Made by a program: the position numbers and the translations under genes. From positions 23,684,001-23,748,000 of the forward strand of contig NC_043000.1 in NCBI RefSeq assembly GCF_006345805.1: 64,000 bases of DNA, written 5' to 3'. Shown here piece by piece: positions 1 through 10,879 of this stretch (positions within the stretch are counted from its first letter, which is position 1; each line of letters begins with the position of its first letter). A model generated the notes under the pieces. It saw only the letters and a list, made by a program, of their open reading frames with translations. It did not search any database and was not told the origin of the DNA. The stretch is from Octopus sinensis (lineage: Eukaryota).

Positions 1-186
1 AGATGCCCTTCCTGTCACCAACTTGTATCTTTTTCCAAGCAAGGCAATAATTCCCAAGGCCAGACATGTTATTGTAGAATACTAGAAATAAATGACATTT
101 ATTATTTACAACAATTATGCAATGTTAAGACAAGAAGGCACACTCTCTCTCTCACACACACACAGAACAGTGTGATGGCTGAATCT

Positions 187-340
187 TTAGCACACCAGGT
201 AAAATGCTTGGTAGCATTTCGTCTGTTTTTACATTCTGAATTCAAATTCTGCCAAGGTCAACTTTGCCTTTCATCCTTTTGGGGACGGAGAGTGGGGGCA
301 ATAAAATAATGTAATCAACTAGTCCCTTCATGCCAAATGC
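187..340 (+). mobile_element. SINE family A, decayed copy
   Basis: Matches the family A core (ttctgaattcaaattctgccaaggtcaactttgcctttcatcc). Confidence 0.7.
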
Positions 341-374
341 TGGCTTTCTGCCAAAATTTGGAACATATAATTTT

Positions 375-748
375 GGCTGTGTGGTAAGAATTCTGCTTCC
401 CAACCACATGGTTCTGGGTTCAATCCCACTGCGTGACAACTTAAGCAAGTGTTTTCTATTATAGCCTTGGGCCAACCAAAACCTTGTGAATGGATTTGGT
501 AGACAGAAGCTGAAGGAAGCCTGTTGTATGTGTGTATTTGTGTCTGCCCCCCCCCCCCCCCCAGTCACTGCTTGACAACTAGTCTTGATGTGCTTATGTT
601 CCTGTAACTTAACTGTTTGGCAAAAGAGACCAATAGAATAAGCATTAGGCTTAAAAAATAAGTCCCAAGGTCAATTTGTTCAACCAAAACCCTTCAAGGC
701 AGTAACTCCAGCATGGTTGCAGTTAAATGACTGAAGCAAATAAAAGAA
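375..748 (+). mobile_element. SINE family B (tRNA-derived head, internal (TG)n, ...gactgaaacaagtaaaagag tail)
   Basis: Head ggctgtgtggtaagaa...ggttcaatcccactgcg with A/B-box-like motifs. Homologous to more than 10 other copies in the window. Confidence 0.8.
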
Positions 749-769
749 CATATATATATATTTATATAT

Positions 770-1072
770 ATAAAAAGCACCATCCAATCATGGCCGTTTC
801 CAGCCTACCCTGGCAGTTGTGCCGATGGCACGTAAAAAGCACCATCTGTACATGGTCGATGCCAGCACCGCCTTGACTAGCTTCCGTGCCAGTGACACGT
901 AAAAAGCACCCACTACAATCACGGAGTGGTTGTCGTTAGGAAGGGCATCCAGCTGTAGAAACACTGCCTGATCAGACTGGAGCCTGGTGCAGCCTCCTGG
1001 CTTCCCAGACCCCGGTCAAACCGTCCAACCCGTGCTAGCATGGAAAACGGATGTTAAACGATGATGATGATA
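770..1072 (+). mobile_element. RTE LINE 3' end module ('C module') with (GAT)n tail
   Basis: aggaagggcatccagctgtagaaa...gcatggaaaacggatgttaaacgatgatgatg. The same module terminates RTE coding fragments at 17220-18750 and 58700-59410. Confidence 0.8.
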
Positions 1073-1294
1073 TATATATATACACACACACACACTTTCA
1101 TATATACACAAAGATGGAGCCTTGTATCTTTGTTGGAAACCAGCTCCCTCCTCAGTGGAAGATTTATAATTAAAAAATAGAAGAGGCATACATACATTCC
1201 CACACTAGCATTGAACAACGACAGTAAATGCTCAACACCACATTTGTTGGATAATCATCATTGTTTAACATCCGCTTTCCATGCTACAACACAC

Positions 1295-1415
1295 ACAAAC
1301 ACAACAAGCTTCTTTCAGTTTCTGTCCAAGGCTATAGTAGAAGACATTTGCCCAAGGTGCCGTGCAGTGGGGCTGAAACCAAAAACCAGGTTAGAAAGCA
1401 GACTTCTTAACCACA
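1295..1415 (-). mobile_element. SINE family B, 5' fragment
   Basis: Reverse match to the family B head (ctatagtagaagacatttgcccaaggtgcc). Confidence 0.7.
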
Positions 1416-1745
1416 TGGCTCAGTGGTTTGAGCATCAGGCTCACAATCATGAGGTAGTGAGTTTGATTCCTGGACCAGACTGTGTTTTGTGTTCTTGAGC
1501 AAGACACTTTATTTCACGTTACTCCAGTTCACTCAGTTGTAGAAATGAGTTGTGACATCACTGGTGCCAAGCTGTATCAGCCTTTTCCTTTCCCTTGGAT
1601 AACATCAGTGATGTGAAGAGGGGAAGCTGACATGCATAGGTGAGTGCTGGTTTTCCATAATGAACCTTGCCTAGACTTGTGCCTCGGAGGGTAACTTTCT
1701 AGGTGCAATCCCATGGTCATTCATGACCGAAGCTTGTCTTTACCA
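1416..1745 (+). mobile_element. SINE family E (tRNA head plus CORE-like domain)
   Basis: A box TGGCTCAGTGG at 1416, B box GTTTGATTCC at 1461, CORE-like ttgagcaagacactttatttcac...cactcagttgtagaaatgag. Homologous to 29080-29365. Confidence 0.75.
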
Positions 1746-2094
1746 TAGAGATTAATAGTAATTTCAAATATCAAATACTTCTTGTTAAACATAATTTTGC
1801 ATTTTTGAAATCTACATATAGTTAAGTTAGAAAAAAAACCCAAAAACTGAAGCTATTCTAAAGAGGAATTTTACTAAATTTATGCAAGAGTCCTTTAACA
1901 TTTGATATACATTTTAAAAATATCTTTCCTAAAATGCATATAATTTTGCCCATAACGTCAAAGACTGAGAATTTATAAACATGTTGCTTCCCTAAATTTA
2001 CAAGGAATATAAGTTTGGTGCATTTATTCATCAATATCTTAAAAAAGAAAAAGAATATGGTTTCTCCTCTCCAGATATATTACTAAAAAAAAAA

Positions 2095-2250
2095 GGATAA
2101 ATGGTGCTGTTAGGAAGGGCATCCAGTCATAGAAACCATACCAAAGCAGAGAGCAGAGCTTAGTAGTGCAGTCTTCTGACTTGCTGGTTTCTGTCAAACT
2201 GCCCAACCCATGCCAGCCTGGAAAATGGATATTAAATGATGATGACAATA
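2095..2250 (+). mobile_element. RTE 3' end C module
   Basis: ttaggaagggcatccag...ttaaatgatgatgac. Confidence 0.7.
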
Positions 2251-2320
2251 ATGTTATGGTTATCAGCTAAAATGGAATTCTGAAGTAATAAATATTTCTG
2301 TGAAGATAACTCTCCCTTAC

Positions 2321-2477
2321 CTGTGGATCCAGAGGTTTGGTTTTCTTTTGATTGGGTTCTGCGAAGGAACTGTCAGAGATTATGTGCAGTAAATCTCCAG
2401 AGACAATTTCATAATCTTTTAGAGTTTGTGTCTCATCTTTGAAAATATCTGTTTTATTTAAGCTCAGTGAGAAGGAG
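2321..2477 (-). CDS. FBXO7: FBXO7-like, coding exon 2, remainder of ubiquitin-like domain
   Basis: Acceptor ctttcttttatgttattttcag| and donor CAG|gtaagg. 157 nt, phase 2 in and phase 0 out. Translation (G)SFSLSLNKTDIFKDETQTLKDYEIVSGDLLHIISDSSFAEPNQKKTKPLDPQ matches recalled human FBXO7 [32 protein letters not shown]. Confidence 0.85.
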
Positions 2478-2639
2478 CTGAAAATAACATAAAAGAAAGA
2501 AGAAAATACATAAATATTAAAAGAGATAACTGTGCATTAGATGTATTAAATATCTAAGTTTCACAAGGCAACTTAGAACTGAATTATTTAACCTTGTATT
2601 TACACATCAATTATCAGGATCTGAAAGAGCAACTTACAT

Positions 2640-3310
2640 ATATAATAACGAAACTATTGTTTATAGTGCTCAGGTGCACAACAATCCATTAAAGGTGCAT
2701 GTACAGTGCATAAAATTATGTACAAAAGCCAGGAAAGTGAACAGTGTATGAGTCCTGATATATTGGGTCGGTGCATAATTGTTGCAGCTTCTTTCAACAA
2801 ATGTTATTCAACAAAAACAATATTTAACAAAAACAGCTTTAAATAACGGTCTGTCCATCTGCCAAGCAAATGGAAAGCAGTAACTGAAGTAGATGGTGAA
2901 TATGCTCCGGAATAATCATTTAAAGATGCTTTTCTTACACGTTGTTATTGTTTTTGTTGAATAAAATTTGAAAAAAAGCCGCAATAATTATGCACCAACC
3001 CAATACATGTGTGCATGCGTATGGAGGGAGGGAATATCAGGTGCAGTGTTGGTGAATTTCAGGAAGTATGGAGGTTTTAAAGGATGCAGGTAATTTGTTC
3101 CATGCTTCAACAACTCTCAGTGTGGAAAAATGTTTCCAAAAGTCATGGGAGCTGTGCAGTTTTCTGACTTTGTAGGCATGCCCACATGTGTTAGACACAT
3201 GGAGCTCAAGGTGGTTGTTGGCACAATGGTTAATAATTTTGTGGGTATTTACCAAGTCAGTTACTAGACATCGGAACTTCAATGTATCTATGCCTAGGGA
3301 AGCAAGGCAT
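2640..3310 (-). mobile_element. CR1-clade LINE, 3' fragment (decayed)
   Basis: ORF 3037-3282 (...HVSNTCGHAYKVRK...FSTLRVVEAWNKLP) is the CR1 ORF2 C-terminus. The 3' UTR aligns with the copy at 10880-11830. Confidence 0.8.
2761..3005. mobile_element. Tc1/mariner-type MITE nested in CR1
   Basis: TIRs TATTGGGTCGGTGCATAATTGTTGC / GCAATAATTATGCACCAACCCAATA, inserted at a TA. The empty site is visible in the CR1 paralog near 11005. Confidence 0.8.
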
Positions 3311-3626
3311 ACATATCTATTATGTAAGTTTGAAACATGACCAACAAAAAGATTCTATCATAACTGCAAAGTCATAAAAGGTTAAATGCATCTTTTGAAA
3401 ATCTTTGGAGGCAATTTCAGCAGAACGCATTCGAAACGCCAAAAGATTCCCGAGATCAGATATATTAGAAACTTTTGGAATTTAAACACTCAGTATCAAA
3501 ATTTTCCAAACTAAGAGTAAGATAAAATATTTTGTGATAGACAACTGCATCCCTTGAGCCATAAGAAAAACCAACATGGAGACAGATTAGCAAAGTTCTA
3601 TTATTTTACATCTTCCACATATGATT

Positions 3627-3800
3627 TTAACCCTTTTGTTACAGTATTTATTTTGAGATGCTCTGTATTTCTTTCAATTACTTTAGATATAACAAAGAAT
3701 TTAGTAAAATAACTTGGTTATCATTAAGCTAGTATTAGGAACATAAATTATGACTAAGGTTTGATGGAAGATTTTAATTCAGAACTTATGAAAACAACAA
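3627..3800. mobile_element. piggyBac-like MITE fragment
   Basis: Begins TTAA-CCCTTTTGTTAC. Internal sequence is the reverse complement of 16530-16610, and the end at 16468 also starts AACCCTTTTGTTAC. Confidence 0.55.
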
Positions 3801-4369
3801 GAAAAATGAGTTACAGTTTGCAAGTCATTTATAGAAATTCGGAAAAGTACCAGCCCAATAAGGCTGCCTTGCAGAACTCCAAATGAAATCCAAATTTAAT
3901 GAGAAACAATCTTCAGAACAGTTTTCTATTTTCCAAATAGTTTTCAGACCACTTCAGAAGTTTACCTTCAATTTCTAAAAATTTAAGCTTTCTAAATAAT
4001 TTTGGTCGTTATATTCTGCAAATGGCTTTTGCCATATGTAACTGAATCAGGCGAATTTTAGTGGTTTGAGGGTGACTTTTGAAATCTATCCATATCTCAA
4101 GTATTTTACCTCTATGCAAACATTTCTAATCATGTTATACTTAGATAAGTTTCTACCAGCACCACATAGAAAAGATATCGAATGATGTTTCATATTACAG
4201 CCATTCTCTGGGCACTGTAGCCCCATCAAGTAAACAGTTGTTGTTTGCAAATGATTCAGCATTATGGATATTCCTTTTTTAAAAGATTGCGGAATATTAT
4301 TGATCCCTCTACAAATTTAGAAAGCAATTTTAGAGTATCTTTGTAAGAACGGTACTTATAAACACTCTC

Positions 4370-4512
4370 AGAATGGTTAACATTAGGAAGGGCATCCAGC
4401 CATAGAAAACCATGTGAAATCAGACTGGAGTCTGGTGCAGCCTTTCAGCATACCAGACTGGTCAAGCCGTCCAACCCATGCCAGCATCTATAACAGACGT
4501 TAAATGATGGTG
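4370..4512 (+). mobile_element. RTE 3' end C module
   Basis: ttaggaagggcatccagccatagaaa...gacgttaaatgatggtg. Confidence 0.7.
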
Positions 4513-5107
4513 TACATATATCACTAACACAATAAAATCAAGTCTATCACCGAAAATACACACAAATTATTATAATTTAAGATTTCCACAAATGATTTAT
4601 AGAACACATTTTACTCTAAAATATATATTTCGGTTACAAAAATATTTCGCTCTAATTTTACACAATTTTGAGGCTGCTTCAAATCACTTCAGTCTTGTTT
4701 AGTCTATTGGGGACCCTTGTAAATCCTTTGACTAATAAATTTGTACTCAATCCCCAAATCCCACTCGTTGAGATTCTTGTTGAATTTTAAGGTTGCTCTT
4801 GTTTATCCCCAACTCAGCCCTCTCTAAAAGGCTGCTACTTTTAGCAGGTCGAACGACTTCAGAGAGCTTCCCTTCGTTGATTCAAATGAGGAAGTAGAAA
4901 ATACTGTTTTGTTGTGCAAAGTGCCATAATGTTTATAAGTTATTACTTTGCTATGGGTGGATATTTAATCCGTCAACTGGTTTAACACTACCTTACGGTT
5001 CCTTTGAGTACGCTTAGTGCAGGGAGTCTACATTGCTGCAAGCATTTCAGCCAGTAGATAACTTCGTTCCCACCAGTCTCCGAGGTATCGAAAAATGGTG
5101 ATAAGTT

Positions 5108-5234
5108 GGCACTACTTAAATACAGAGGTCCCGACGCCTCTACGTAACCCTAAAAACTAACCCCCTTACGAATGGGCACTGTAAAAACATATCGTTACGT
5201 AGATGCTTCGGGACCTCTGTATTTAAGTGGTGCC
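5108..5234. mobile_element. 127-bp MITE with GG...CC ends
   Basis: About 41-bp TIRs GGCACTACTTAAATACAGAGGTCCCGA... Flanks gataagtt/gataagag give a 6-of-8 TSD match. Confidence 0.65.
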
Positions 5235-5921
5235 GATAAGAGTTGCTCTTCCTCTTCTAAACCATAGAAATAAAAACATTTTGTCATTTACAAATACATT
5301 TGTTGTTTATCCGAACATAGTCATTTGTTTATTTAAATTTAAATGTTTTCTTTGTTATTAAGAGGTTGATTCCCTCCGTGAAAGAACTTTTTGTTCAAAA
5401 AAATTTAATTTTTAATATTCTTGTCCCCAATTTTATGTTCGTTTTCAGTACAACAATTACCTTTTACAAGACAGCTGTAATAGGAAAAAACAATTTTTTC
5501 GCATAGAGCAAACATGAAGCGTCGCTAAATCGAATCTGCGACCCTCTGAGGAAAAAGGGTAGAGATTATGGCCATCACGTAATTTATTCTCGAGAAAAAT
5601 AAAAGTGAAAACGTTACAAATTCGTTTGCCTTTCCGTTCAAAAGTAACTAAGGCTTCATTCATATAACATTGTGATATAGACGGTAGCATGTAACAAAAC
5701 TTTCTTTCTATATATCATTTACGGTTGGCAAACTAGAATTAAACCCGAGTAGCGGACAGGTGCACAGTTAAATCTAGAATATTCCTATAAAGCAACCTAA
5801 ATGCGAAGAGAATTATAATAAAAGTAAATGTGAAACCGGGTCTGAATGCAGTGTCGAGAAATCAATATCAACTGAGGAAAAGAAGTAAAAAAAAAAAACC
5901 AAAATAACGAGTCACACACAC

Positions 5922-6049
5922 CCGGTCAAGGAATCACCAAATGCTTCGTGGATAAGTCTTCGAAGTTCTGACAACTGAACAAAATTTGCGACTTCATCGT
6001 CGATGGGAATTACTTTGGTTGTCGACCCAAACCGGACCCTGACCTTCAT
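5922..6049 (-). CDS. FBXO7: FBXO7-like (F-box only protein 7), coding exon 1, start of N-terminal ubiquitin-like domain
   Basis: Hand translation from the ATG at 6049: MKVRVRFGSTTKVIPIDDEVANFVQLSELRRLIHEAFGDSLT plus GG, then a GT donor (GG|GTGTGT at 5921). 128 nt, phase 2. Resembles the recalled human FBXO7 N-terminus (MRLRVRLLKRTWPLEV...LGHLRSHL). Splices in frame to exon 2. Confidence 0.8.
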
Positions 6050-6170
6050 TCTGTCTCTCTGTCGTCAAACCAAACTCTTGTCAGCAAAGTGTAAATATAT
6101 ACGTTGTTTAACTTTAATTCGAAAGATTTACTTCCGGTTATTAAACCGTTTACATTATGTTGACAGGTCA
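6050..6170 (-). promoter_or_regulatory. Probable promoter/5' UTR of the FBXO7-like gene with an ETS motif
   Basis: CCGGAAGT on the minus strand at 6130-6137, about 80 bp upstream of the ATG. CpGs are visibly more frequent in 5500-6140 than in the flanks. Confidence 0.55.
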
Positions 6171-6381
6171 CTCTATGTTTACCCCCTTGAGGGCAATAAA
6201 GAAATAAGATTGTTTTGCTGAAAATATATTTATCTATATCGATGGTTATAGTTAGTTGTAACTAGGTGTTTGGGAGAAATCCGAAGGTTTAGTTAAACGT
6301 TTACTCCCACCTTACAGACTTGTAATCAATGGCATTACAGCTGTGGTTTTTTTTCCTTCTACAATGTGCTGTATCTAACAA

Positions 6382-6618
6382 GGTACTACCTGACAACAGT
6401 GGTCCCGGTGCGCGCACTCGCGTAGTCGCGCATCCGCGCTAGCTAGTCGTGACTAGTCGATCCTACAACGACTCCCTAGCAAAGTAAATAAAACACAAAA
6501 ACACAAAGTAAATAATTTTTTAAACAAAGTAAATAACACAAAAACACAAAGTAAGGATCGACTAGCTAGCGCGAGTACGCGAGTGCGCGCACCGGGACCA
6601 CTGTTCTCAAGTAGTACC
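6382..6618. mobile_element. 237-bp CpG-rich MITE with 9-bp TSD (Merlin- or Mutator-like)
   Basis: About 65-bp TIRs GGTACTACYTGASAACAGTGGTCCCGGTGCGCGCACTCGCGTA. Perfect TSD ATCTAACAA at 6373-6381 and 6619-6627. Confidence 0.85.
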
Positions 6619-6634
6619 ATCTAACAAAAATATA

Positions 6635-7007
6635 GGCACAGGCGTAGCTGTGTGGTGAAAAGCTTGCTTCCCAACTGTGTGGTTCGGGGTTCAGTCCCAC
6701 TGCTTGGCACCTTTGGCAAGTGTTTTCTAGTATAGCCTCTGGCCGACTAAAGCCTTGTGAGAAGATTTGATAGACGGAAACTGAAAGAAGCCCGTATATA
6801 TGTATACAAATATATCTATGCGTGTGTGTTTGTGCCCCAACCACTACCATGTTTGAAACTGGTGCTGGTGTGCTTACGTCCCCGTGACTAAGCTGTTCGG
6901 CAAAGAAACCAATAGAATAAGTACCGGGCTTTAAAAAAATTAAGCGCCAGTGTCGATACGTTCGACTAAAAATTCTTCATGGCGGTGCCCCAGCATAGCC
7001 GCAGTCT
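6635..7007 (+). mobile_element. SINE family B
   Basis: Head ggcgtagctgtgtggtgaaaagcttgcttccc...gggttcagtcccactgc, plus body and most of the tail. Confidence 0.8.
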
Positions 7008-7461
7008 ATATACATGGGAAATTAGTGGCTGGTTCAATTAATGTCTAGCCTCATATCAGAACTGCTCACGATCCACGATCGATGGCATTATTGCTGTGAC
7101 CAATTTATTTTATCCAAATTTATTTTTTCCATGTGCAGTATATCTAGGACTACAAACAGTTGGATGTGATTTGAGGCTAATTTGGCTGCCAGTTTTAACA
7201 GGTCAGGCAACCACATAGTGGCTCCGGTAGAGTTTTGGGAAAGCTGTTTTTCGAAGTCCCATACCTCATGGGATAGGAAATAGGAATGGGACTAAGGAGA
7301 AGGGCAAAAATATAAAACATTGAAAATTGAGGGTATAAAAAAAAAATCAGAATCGAAATTTTCTTTCCTTGTTTTTCTTTTTCTTTGTTTTATTTTTGGA
7401 TATTGGATAAACGGATATGAATCCACCAACATTATGTATATGTTACATATGATTCATCATT

Positions 7462-8060
7462 ATCATCATCATCTTCGTTTAACGTCTGCTTTCCATGCAG
7501 GCATGGGTTAGACGGTTTGACTGAGCACTGGCAAGCCAGAAGGCTGCACCAGGCTCCAATCTAATCTGGAAAAATTTCTACAGCTGGATACCCTTCCTAA
7601 TGCCAACCACTCTGAGAATGTAGTGGGTGCATTTTACATGCCACTAGCATGAGGGCCAGTCAGGTGGTACTGGTATCAACCATGCTTGAAGGGTGCTTTT
7701 TACATGCCACTGGCAAGAGAGCCAGTCAGGCAGTACTGGCATCGACCATGCTTGAATGGCACTTTTTACATGCCACCAGCACAGGAGCCAGTCAGGCAGC
7801 ACTTGCAATGATCATGCTTGAATGGTGCTTTTTATGTGCCACCAGCATGGAGCAGTCAGGTGCACTGGCATCAACCACACTTGAATAGTACTTTTAATGT
7901 GCCACCACCATGGGAGCCAGTCAAGTGGTACTGGCATTGACCACATCTGAATGGTGCTTTTTACATGCCACCAGCACAGGAGCCAGTCAGGCGGTACTGG
8001 CATTGACCACGCTTGAATGGTGCTTTTTATGTGCCACCAGCACAGGAGCCAGTCAGGTGG
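7462..8060 (-). mobile_element. RTE 3' end C module with expanded 66-bp tandem array
   Basis: (CAT)n tail at 7455-7475, C module, then about 6.5 units of 63-66 bp (7633-8060). Confidence 0.8.
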
Positions 8061-8334
8061 CACAACAAAGTTACTTTTATATCATTTGGGATTTCCCATA
8101 TTATATTTGCTTGTTCTGTTTTACACCATGCATAATAGTTTGGAGTGTAAACTAAAATTATAAAAATTTATGTTAAATTTCCGTTGTATGAAACAGGAAT
8201 ACAGAGGCGGGAGATGAAAGTAAAACAAGTACCCTTTTCATTTCTCATCAGGTATGGGACTTTGAAGGACAGCCATTAATCTACATTCTACCAAAGTCTT
8301 TTGCTCAGTCTATGGAGTCAAAAAACAGGACATA

Positions 8335-8340
8335 CATATA

Positions 8341-8412
<72 letters not shown>

Positions 8413-8455
8413 CGTGTGTGTGTGTATGTAATATATATATATATATATATATATA
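8335..8455. repeat. (CTAT)n/(TA)n/(TG)n compound microsatellite
   Basis: Read directly from the sequence. Confidence 0.95.
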
Positions 8456-8840
8456 CTCTTTTACTTGTTTCAGTCATTTGACTGTGGCCATGCTGCAGCA
8501 CTGCCTTTAGTCGAGCAAATCGACCCCAGGACTTATTCTTTGTAAGCCTAGTACTTATTCTATCAGTATCTTTTGCTGAACTGCTAAGTTATGGGGACGT
8601 AAACACACCAGCATCGGTTGTCAAGAGATGTTGGGGGGACAAACACACACACAAACATATACACACATATATACGATGGGCTTCTTTCAGTTTCTATCTA
8701 CCAAATCCACTTACAAGGCTTTGGTCAGCCTGAGGCTATAGCTGAAGACACTTACTTGCCCAAGGTGCCACGCAGTGGGACTGAACCCAGAACCAAGTGG
8801 TTTGTAAGCAAGCTACTTACCACACAGCCACTCCAACGCC
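8454..8840 (-). mobile_element. SINE family B, full length
   Basis: Reverse match over the entire family B consensus seen in the window. Confidence 0.85.
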
Positions 8841-9644
8841 TTACTTTCATCTCCCGCCTCTGTATTCCTGTTTCATACAACAGAAATTTAACATAAATTT
8901 TTATAATTTTATTTTACACTCCAAACTATTATGCATGGTGTAAAGCAGAACAAGCAAATGATATATATATATATATATAATTTCCTGCACAAAACATTAA
9001 AATTCACCATTTAAATCAAATTTATCACAATTTGACAAACTTTATCAAATAATTTTCCGCTATCATAGATAACTATTGAACGGAATAAAATACTGAAATG
9101 CTGTAATTTGTCAGTGAATTACATTTTTTCAACTTGTGACATTTGAGAAGATTGTGGGAGCTTGGTTGCTGTGTAAGAGGTCAGTGCCATGACTGTGATG
9201 GTGCTCGGATGTTTCCAGTACCTCACTTCTCATGACTACCCACAGTTTAACCATGTTTTGGGTCGCCTGAACAATTTCTAGTGGAGGCACATATATACCC
9301 TGGTACAATATATAAGTAAGGAAGTGTTATGTACCTTTTTATTTTATTTACTTTTGTTGGTTAATTTCTTTTTTACCATTTTAACTGTTGACTTTTGCAA
9401 ATTGTTGATTAATAATATAACTTATGTAATTAATCATGAATAAAAACCTTCACTCCTAAAAAACAATTTCTGCTTTTCTCAGATTCCACTTTTTAATCCC
9501 GCAAATCCACTTTACTCATCACCTACAGCAGTTCTCAAAGCTAATATAAAACAGAGCCTGGCCAAATGTTTGTGGAAGTGTTTGGCACATCTCCTTTTCT
9601 CTATTAATGAGAAGATAAAATGTTACCCTAGGCACAGGTATTGC

Positions 9645-9995
9645 TTTGCAACCTGGCTGTTTCAAGTTCAGTCCTACTCCACAACACTTTGGGTGTCCTC
9701 TACTGTAATATGAGACACAATGTCTTGTGAGTGAATTTGGTAGATGGAAATGAACTGTGTGGAAGCGTGTCATGTGTGTATGTGTGTGTATTTGTATCTG
9801 TGCTTGTCTGACGCCACCACTTGATGACTGGTGTTGGTTTGTTTATGTCCTTGTAGCTTAATGGTTTGGCAAAAGACATCGACAGCTTAAGTACCAGGCT
9901 GGAAAATAAACACTGGGATTGATCTATTAGACTAAAAACCCTCAAGGTGATGCCCCAGCATGGCCGCTGTCAAATGATTGAAACAAGTAAAAGAT
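9645..9995 (+). mobile_element. SINE family B, decayed
   Basis: Body and tail match (gccccagcatggccgctgtcaaatgattgaaacaagtaaaaga). Confidence 0.7.
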
Positions 9996-10879
9996 AAATG
10001 TTTTATGTGATTTTTTTTCATCAACAAGATGTTTGGCAAATTTTAAAAGTTTGGAAACTCTCTTCATCTTATTAAACATGTCAATTTGTCCCATTCCACA
10101 GTACTACCTAACCTCATGTGCAACCTCCCCGTGGGTTTTCCCATGTATTTCAGCAATAATAAGGATTTCTAATATAGCTAAAAAGACAAAAATTTCGAAG
10201 GAAGGGACAATTGATGAAATTAACTCCAATACTTAACTGGAGTTTATTATTATTTTCACCTTCAAGTGAATTTGTGAAAAGCTGGGTGACTGACAAAAAT
10301 TGTTAGAGTGAATGGCTCTACTCTAAACATGCACCTGTAGATTGAAAAGCAGAGAGAGGGCTCATACCTATTGTGGTCAGGGTAATCCTGGATCTGTGGG
10401 GCCCTAGTTGGAGTTTGGCCCTAATTGGAGTTTTTCCTGTATCAGGAGGATTGCATCATTCATGTTATCACAGACTTTATATACTAAGTATACTTTCACT
10501 GTCTTTTCCATTTCTTTTTCCCCCATCCTTTGCATAAATCCTTACACCTTGTTTTCTCTCCTTGTGGTGTCCTCCTCAATTATGTGCCTGAGGCAAATAA
10601 AAGAATTGTTTTCCAACTATAGTGACAAAAGACACCCAAGGACCCAGTGCTGGTGTTAAACAGGTTCCATCTATCACCCAAGCATCTGTCTCTCTAACAA
10701 CACTATCAGTGCCCTACCAATATTTACAATTCAATGAAAAAAAAGAAAGAAAATTGAGAAGCTAAAAAGAGGGAGAAGAAAGGAAACCAGTAAATGAATG
10801 ATAGAAACAGAGGCCTGCACAGCCCTTCCTTATATATATCACACCAGGAGAAACAGGTGTTCTACCCTAAAATGCTCAT

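Larger units (their letters stand above)
2478..5921 (-). other. Intron 1 of the FBXO7-like gene (3444 bp, GT-AG)
   Basis: Canonical GT/AG ends and compatible phases between the two exons. Contains CR1, MITE and RTE-tail fragments. Confidence 0.78.

Noticed and set aside
1-2320. FBXO7 exon 3
   Set aside because: No splice-flanked open frame resembling the FP or F-box domains; the region is mostly SINE and RTE fragments.
5730-5785. Helitron 3' end (...CTAG)
   Set aside because: Weak hairpin and no matching 5' end or second copy.
7633-8060. CRISPR-like array
   Set aside because: Head-to-tail degenerate units with no unique spacers, eukaryotic context, no cas genes.
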